From Phoronis australis (lineage: Eukaryota > Animalia > Phoronida), in NCBI GenBank assembly GCA_002633005.1, contig NMRA01000366.1, forward strand, positions 20,363-59,163: DNA of 38,801 bases. The letters run 5' to 3'. Positions 32,989 through 38,801 of this stretch are shown piece by piece. The translations under genes were made by a program, and so were the position numbers. The notes beneath the pieces were generated by a model. That model did not search any database. It had not been told where the DNA came from and saw nothing but the letters and a program-made list of their open reading frames with translations. The stretch's first letter is position 1. Each line of letters starts with the position of its first letter.

Positions 32989-35900
32989 GGAAGTCTTGTT
33001 AACTGAAAGTAAATGACCGCATGGCATTGATTGGAATTGAAGAAAGCTTTGAAGTTACACAAACTGAATCTTTGAAATGATAGGAATCACATATCCACGG
33101 TTTGGTGTCGTGGTCCTGCATGAGGAGTACAGTTTTACTCTGTTATAAACTCTGTGCCGCTTTATTGATTCTTTAGGCATACCCTTATGCAGTGAAGTGT
33201 TAACATTTTCTTGATTTTTCTAGTCAATTTCATCTTCATTAGATTACTTATTGCTAATCAGTCATTTGTTGTTTTGCTTCGGAGTGAAATATGGATTCTG
33301 TCAATATTATGAAGGCACTGATTTGGCGAGAGAAACGCTGAAAATAAAAGAATGGCCGTTAAAAGTTAAGAATGGTTTTGGTGAAAAATTTCATTGAATG
33401 GATGATGGAATGGCTACTACGCTGTTCCTTTCACTTCGTCACAAAGTGCCGCACTTTAAATCATACCTTTTGCTTGTGTTACTTAGAATCTGAAGTGGGA
33501 AAATTCCGTATTTTTTCCTACCTAGATGCGCATATAATTTGAAATGGCTATGCATTCCGAATGCATACTGTACAAGATAAAAGTAATTGGACAAAATACA
33601 GTGTCCGTGTCAAGACGGCTAATTGTGTTAACACCAAAAATGATTGATAATATCTATAAGGGCATAGATTGCAGCTACTTTACTCATTTACTGGTTTGTT
33701 CCCCTTCACTCTCGGTCACACGGGGGGGGGGGGGGGCCNCTACTCTAATGAGTGCGGCGTCCGCTAAGCTGTCATGATTGGGAATGACGGGTCTTTTTGT
33801 GCGATTGCTAATTTGTCTTGTGCAGTATATCATCCTTAAAATGTACATTATTGTAGTATTTGTGTCACAGGCAATATCTGACAGTGCTAGTTGTATAAAT
33901 GTCCGTAGATAGACAAATGATTTGCTATGTGCGCATAGATTGTGGTATTCTGGTTTTTACCCCCTTTTCATGTTTTAAACCTATTATACTTGTAGTCCAA
34001 GCACCACAACAAACATTCTTCTCCGGACTTGTGTCGTTTTCATTCTAAAAATTTCTGTTATGCTGTGAATATGTTTTTTTTTTTTAATTTGCCAGCTTAA
34101 TCAGCTTAGTATCATCTGCCAGGTTGTGCAATATCGATTGTGTGGCCAACTATCTCTGACTGTACATACCATTATTTGTGACTGGTTACACCGTGGGTGT
34201 TGCCAGTAGGTACCATTGTACTGGGCTTGTAGGGAGCTCTGTTTTTCACATTGAAATGTGCTGGTAGGGAATTGGTTGTGATTCTGAACTTTTAAATGAC
34301 GCGTTTAGTTAAACACCTGCATGAGATCTTACTAGTGAACGCGACTCAATGTCTTTGGGTACGTTTCAAATGACATTCATTTGGTTTCATTTTTCCAATG
34401 CGAGAATACTCTATTGAGAAAGAAAAAAGAGTTGGAAATTGAAATTAAGTGGTCAGTGCCTGATTTTTTTAGTCTTTATGAGAGTTGTAGTCATGACAAG
34501 ATCAGGAGTGAATAGTTTATTTGAATTAAAACTGTCGTCTGGTACTTTACTCCTTGAATTTTTTTCTCTACTGTGTTGCTATCACATCTGAACAAATGCA
34601 GTGCTCTGGTGTTTGATGCTAAATTTCCCTCAATTCATTCACAATTCTGCTCATTTCTTGTACTGGTGGAAGGGGCTTGCCTATGAGCTGTTATTGAATT
34701 TATGCATTGGGTTTGATGCAATGCAGACATACCAAGTGAAGCTAGTGCAAGAATTACATATCTGCATTATATTGATCACTTTCTCTTGTTATAATGTGCA
34801 AGTCTATTTACTGTTGAGCTTTTACCGATCTCGGCTGCGGGCCGGTCTAATGCTCAACTTCCGCCACTACAGTGTAGGCTTGATTCGCACAGGAGATTGG
34901 ATTATCTGTGAAACGACTTGGTTAATGTCATTAGTGCGGGCCAACGTAATCTAACGGAATCTCCTGAAGGGGCTATGGAAGCTCTTGGGTCTTCCTCTCG
35001 TTAATATTACACTAGTATGTGTTCCACATAGCGCTGATGATTTTTCAATGCGCTCGATTACTAATTACTAATTCATTTGGCAGTTTTTAGAATGTTTGGT
35101 GTCCCGATCAGCCTGTTTAATTTTTTATTAATATTTTGAGTGGGGCGTAGTTATTGACGTCTTCTAAAGCGTACTTAATGTATGCTTGCGGCTGACCCAC
35201 CCTCCTATGTGTGGCTCGCACCCATCTCCATGAAGAATACCTCTAAAAGTTTCGATTGTATGATTTTCACTCACAGATTCAGAAAATCTTTGAGCACAGC
35301 CCTGGCAATAGTGTAGGCTGTATACACTGTTGAAGGTGTCAGCAGTAATGAGCGAGCTCTTGCCAAATACATGTTGTCACCAGGATGAAGCTGGCGATCA
35401 ATTAATTGAAACTCTAGCTTTATGAAAGAATGAATTTAAGCTATTTTTGCTTGACCCAGTTTAAAATTTTGCTGAGCAATACAAGGTATATCTGTTTGAC
35501 CTGGGATTAGTCCTAGGTTTGACTAAGACAAAATGCAATTTTTCCATTTGCTGTTATTTTGTGTCATTTCAATCATTTGCAGTACAACTGTGGTACAGTA
35601 ATTAGAGAGTATGCTTAGATAGCAATGAAGGAAAAACTTGGGAAATCCCTAATCCAAATTGCTGGAGTGAACTGTGGATGGTGTTGAATGTTGTCTAATA
35701 AGTACGGTACCGTTTCGTGAATAAGGAAAAATTATGTTGTAGGAAATTCGCACAATTTTTTTTCAGTTCCCAGAGTCTGCTTTCGACTCCGGGATATCTG
35801 TTTTATAACAGGGTTCCTATTTTGGCGGTACACCTGTATTTACTACTACCAATTCATACTTGGGTGCCACTGGCTAAGGACAGTTTGAGTGACCTAAGGT

Positions 35901-36764
35901 GAATCCAACATATGGTGGTTCATTGACAATCCAGGTGAAGTAATGACTTGCTACCACAAGGCTGATTAATTATTCAATGTGTATTCTCATGCAGGTTCAA
36001 TTGTATGACCAACCAACAGTTGGCTCTGTAATTACCCACTGGCTAAGCAATTGTATTATCCCTAGTTATCACTAAAATGGTGTCTTGTGGTAATTACCAT
36101 TTAGTTAAATTAATTCACCTCCAGCTGCACCTATAGCAAATCAAAACCTTGCCAACTCCTGGTTAACCATCTAATTTTTCTTAGAATTTGAAAGGTGTAT
36201 TCCGTTGTTGTGGTTATTACACGCAAAACTTATTACTTGGAAGTGTAAGGTAATTCTTCACGTTTACATACGATATGGTCGACAAGTGAAATTCTCTTTT
36301 ATCATATTCAAAAATGAATTTATACTCTATTACTGGCCAAGTATGTACTGTGCAGATGTCGTAAAACAATATTTGGCGAAGTTTTCTTTATTTGTAGGAA
36401 AGTAATCTGCCTTTGACCAATCGAAAACGACAACTTTGGCAATTATTTTTGTGCAAAATAAATGAAAAATCACCGCAGTACGTTTCATTATTGCTCAAGT
36501 TTCATAATATTGAAATTATTAGTGTGATGATTAGCCAGATCAATATGGTGCAGTATGTTTTTAGCGCACGTATATATGTATTGTTATTTTATCTGGTTGG
36601 CTGATTGTCCAGTTGGTTGGTCTACTGGTCAGTATCTCTAGTAACCCCAGCCACATTTTGTTGAAATCAAATGACACAAAGGCAGTGGACATCACTTAAC
36701 AGTGGTGTATACCAGTTTTCAATGGTCAGGGACATGAGGCTTACTAGAAATCTTTGGAGAAGAG

Positions 36765-37300
36765 CATTTCCAGAATATGTCTAGAGTTCCGATGGATGGA
36801 TTTCAACGAAACTTGATGAGGGGTATGTGATGGATAAGGAGCTTTTCACTATGTGCTGTCAATTCGTCGATGCTAGTTGATTTTCGGGCAGATTCAACCC
36901 GCAGCACCCATAGTGTCTGTTTTGGTCTCAACAAGGGGCTTCTTCAGGAAGAACATTTACGGATGAGGTCTAGAGATCCAAAGGATGCAGTTCAGTAAAA
37001 GTTGACACAGGTATGTGATGGCAATATGCCAGCACCAGTTGATTTTCGGGTGGATTCGGCCAATGCAAGGAAGGATGGTCCTAGTGAGGAAAGCTAGGCT
37101 GATGTTGGTATTTGGATGAATCTGACTACTGCTACCCTCTAGTGGTAGTCTTCCTCTTTGATCCTGTTTCGGTATCTAGGTACCAAGTTCTTTAAAGGAT
37201 CACCATGGAATTTGGTGGTCTGCACCTGTTAAGAGAGCACAGTTTTTGGACTGGACACATCCAACTTCCACTATGCCCCCTTGTTGATGGATCTTGACAA
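36765..37300 (+). mobile_element. Highly degenerate HINE-like internal repeat array
   Basis: tctagag.tcc.a.ggatg...aaa.ttga and gttgattttcggg..gattc each occur twice; ccctctagtgg core near 37135. Confidence 0.5.
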
Positions 37301-37684
37301 GTGCATTATTGGCCTATTAGCCTGGTTATTCACATGAAACGAATAAAAAGGTCCTGAACCATACTGTTTATGGTGCAGCTGTGGGTGCTTTATCTTGCTC
37401 TCATTAGTTTGTAGATTTGGGCAAACTTTTTAAGGTGGTGTTGTATTGCCTTACTTGTCCGGGCTACCACCCAGTGCGCTTCAATTGGGGAACTCAAAAG
37501 CAGGGTGAGCGTTAAACCAAGCATTGGCACTTCAAACCATTTAATTTCTAAAAGTGCAAGCCAAAAGTATTCAGACAAAACGACACGGCTGGGCAGAAAC
37601 CGAATTCATTGCCAGAGTAGTCTTCCGTGGTGACCGAAAACAAAGGAGAAATAAAAAAAATGAAAGCGCTCCGAGGAGCGAACC

Positions 37685-37986
37685 TTGGCGAAATTAACCA
37701 AAACGATGACGATAAAGATGAAGATGACGAATATGACGACGATGGTGGCGAGGATGAACAAAAGAAGTAGTAACATACACATGATGAAGTAGAAGTTCGA
37801 AATCAGTAAGACAAAGGCTACAATCTTGAGCGACACTTGACGAAATTAACGGAAAAGACAACGACGGAGATGATGACGAAGATGATGACGAATAGGATGA
37901 TGGTGGTGGCGATGATGAAAAACATCACAACATTCATATGACGAAGTTAGATGTCATAAATCAATAAGAAATAGGCTACAGTCTAG
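37685..37986. repeat. Two tandem units of about 152 bp with (GAT/GAC)n low-complexity cores
   Basis: ttg.cgaaattaac...gatgacgaata.ga.ga.g.tggtggcga.gatgaa...aaatca.taaga.a.aggctaca occurs twice; stops interrupt the acidic frame. Confidence 0.8.
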
Positions 37987-38009
37987 TTCAATAGAAGATA
38001 AACCAACAT

Positions 38010-38801
38010 CAATGCAGCAAGAGCGCTCAACAAAGGAACAGCGTTATCAGATAATCTCAAATAACTCGAAAAGTAGACGTCCTAGCGAAAAATGGAAAAC
38101 ATCTTCTGAAAGCCCATTCAAAATTCTATCTAAACTGATGGTATCATTTAATTCCGTAAATTTTTCGAAAAAAATGAAAATTTGCGTTTTTTTTTAAAAA
38201 TTCAAAGTCAAATAACTCGAAAACGGTAAGTCTGAGAAAAAAATTGTTACAGGCCATTTGAAAGAATATACTTCAAAGAATCCACATGCAAAAAATCACG
38301 TCTTTTTCTCTTCCCGTTCAAAATCGCACTCCAGCACGACTGAAAATGGGTCAACATCCGCCACATCCGCCATCTTGAAAGCAACTTCCGGTTTTTTTGC
38401 ATTGTATAATAGCATGTCCTAAAAAACTAACACCTGTAAAAATTCGAAGGAATTGGTCTCATAATGCGCCCTCTACAGGAGAAAACGTTTTTAGGCCAAA
38501 ATCGAGGTGCGCATGCGCGATCGCCGATATTTCCGCCATCTTTAACCGGAAGTAAACAATTTCCGGTACACTTGTAGGAAACTTCCGGTCCATTTACTGT
38601 GCCGATTCTTAGCTTTTTACCTAAAAAATTGTAGCCTCCAGAAGCATTTGAACCTTTAAATGAAAACAAAATGGCCGCCACAGCCGCCATCTTGGATCCA
38701 ATTTCGACGAAAAACAATAGGCTTCCAGTACTTCCGGAAGTACGTGTTATGTGTAAATTTCGTGATGATCGGACGAAAATTGCGACCTGTATCGTGCGAA
38801 C
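38010..38801 (-). mobile_element. Young-looking non-autonomous interspersed DNA element (Helentron/HINE-like), truncated by the window end
   Basis: CpG-rich, with repeated ccgccatctt, aaataactcgaaaa and acttccgg motifs, and a typical 'gtgtaaatttcgtgatgatcggacgaaaattgcgacctgta' segment. Confidence 0.5.

Noticed and set aside
25878-33740. Long G/C homopolymers with N bases (25888, 27473, 33739) as G-quadruplex signals
   Set aside because: Ambiguous bases indicate sequencing uncertainty, and one run is part of a MITE.
37606-37836. 76-aa very hydrophobic minus-strand ORF
   Set aside because: Antisense reading of the (GAT/GAC)n low-complexity repeat.

Overview
AT-rich, intron-rich animal genomic DNA, probably a marine invertebrate judging by gene structure and repeat types; the taxon cannot be fixed from the sequence. 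Most ORFs in the supplied track are spurious. Three spliced genes were reconstructed by hand with phase-consistent GT-AG introns. (1) The last four coding exons of exocyst component 3 (EXOC3/Sec6) on + (5141-10161). (2) A complete 11-exon, 401-aa, N-terminally membrane-anchored alpha/beta-hydrolase-fold gene on - (24838-13879), whose nucleophile elbow reads G-A-E-L-G instead of G-x-S-x-G. (3) The first coding exon of a RIM/UNC-10 active-zone gene on + (28076-28203), head-to-head with the hydrolase and followed by a long intron. Non-coding DNA holds Helentron-associated (HINE/DINE-1-like) elements, several MITE/foldback inverted repeats (one family with 5-bp target-site duplications), a decayed duplicate of the EXOC3 terminal exon, and duplicated antisense exon-like segments in the first 4 kb. 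No RNA genes, CRISPR arrays or autonomous transposon ORFs were recognised.
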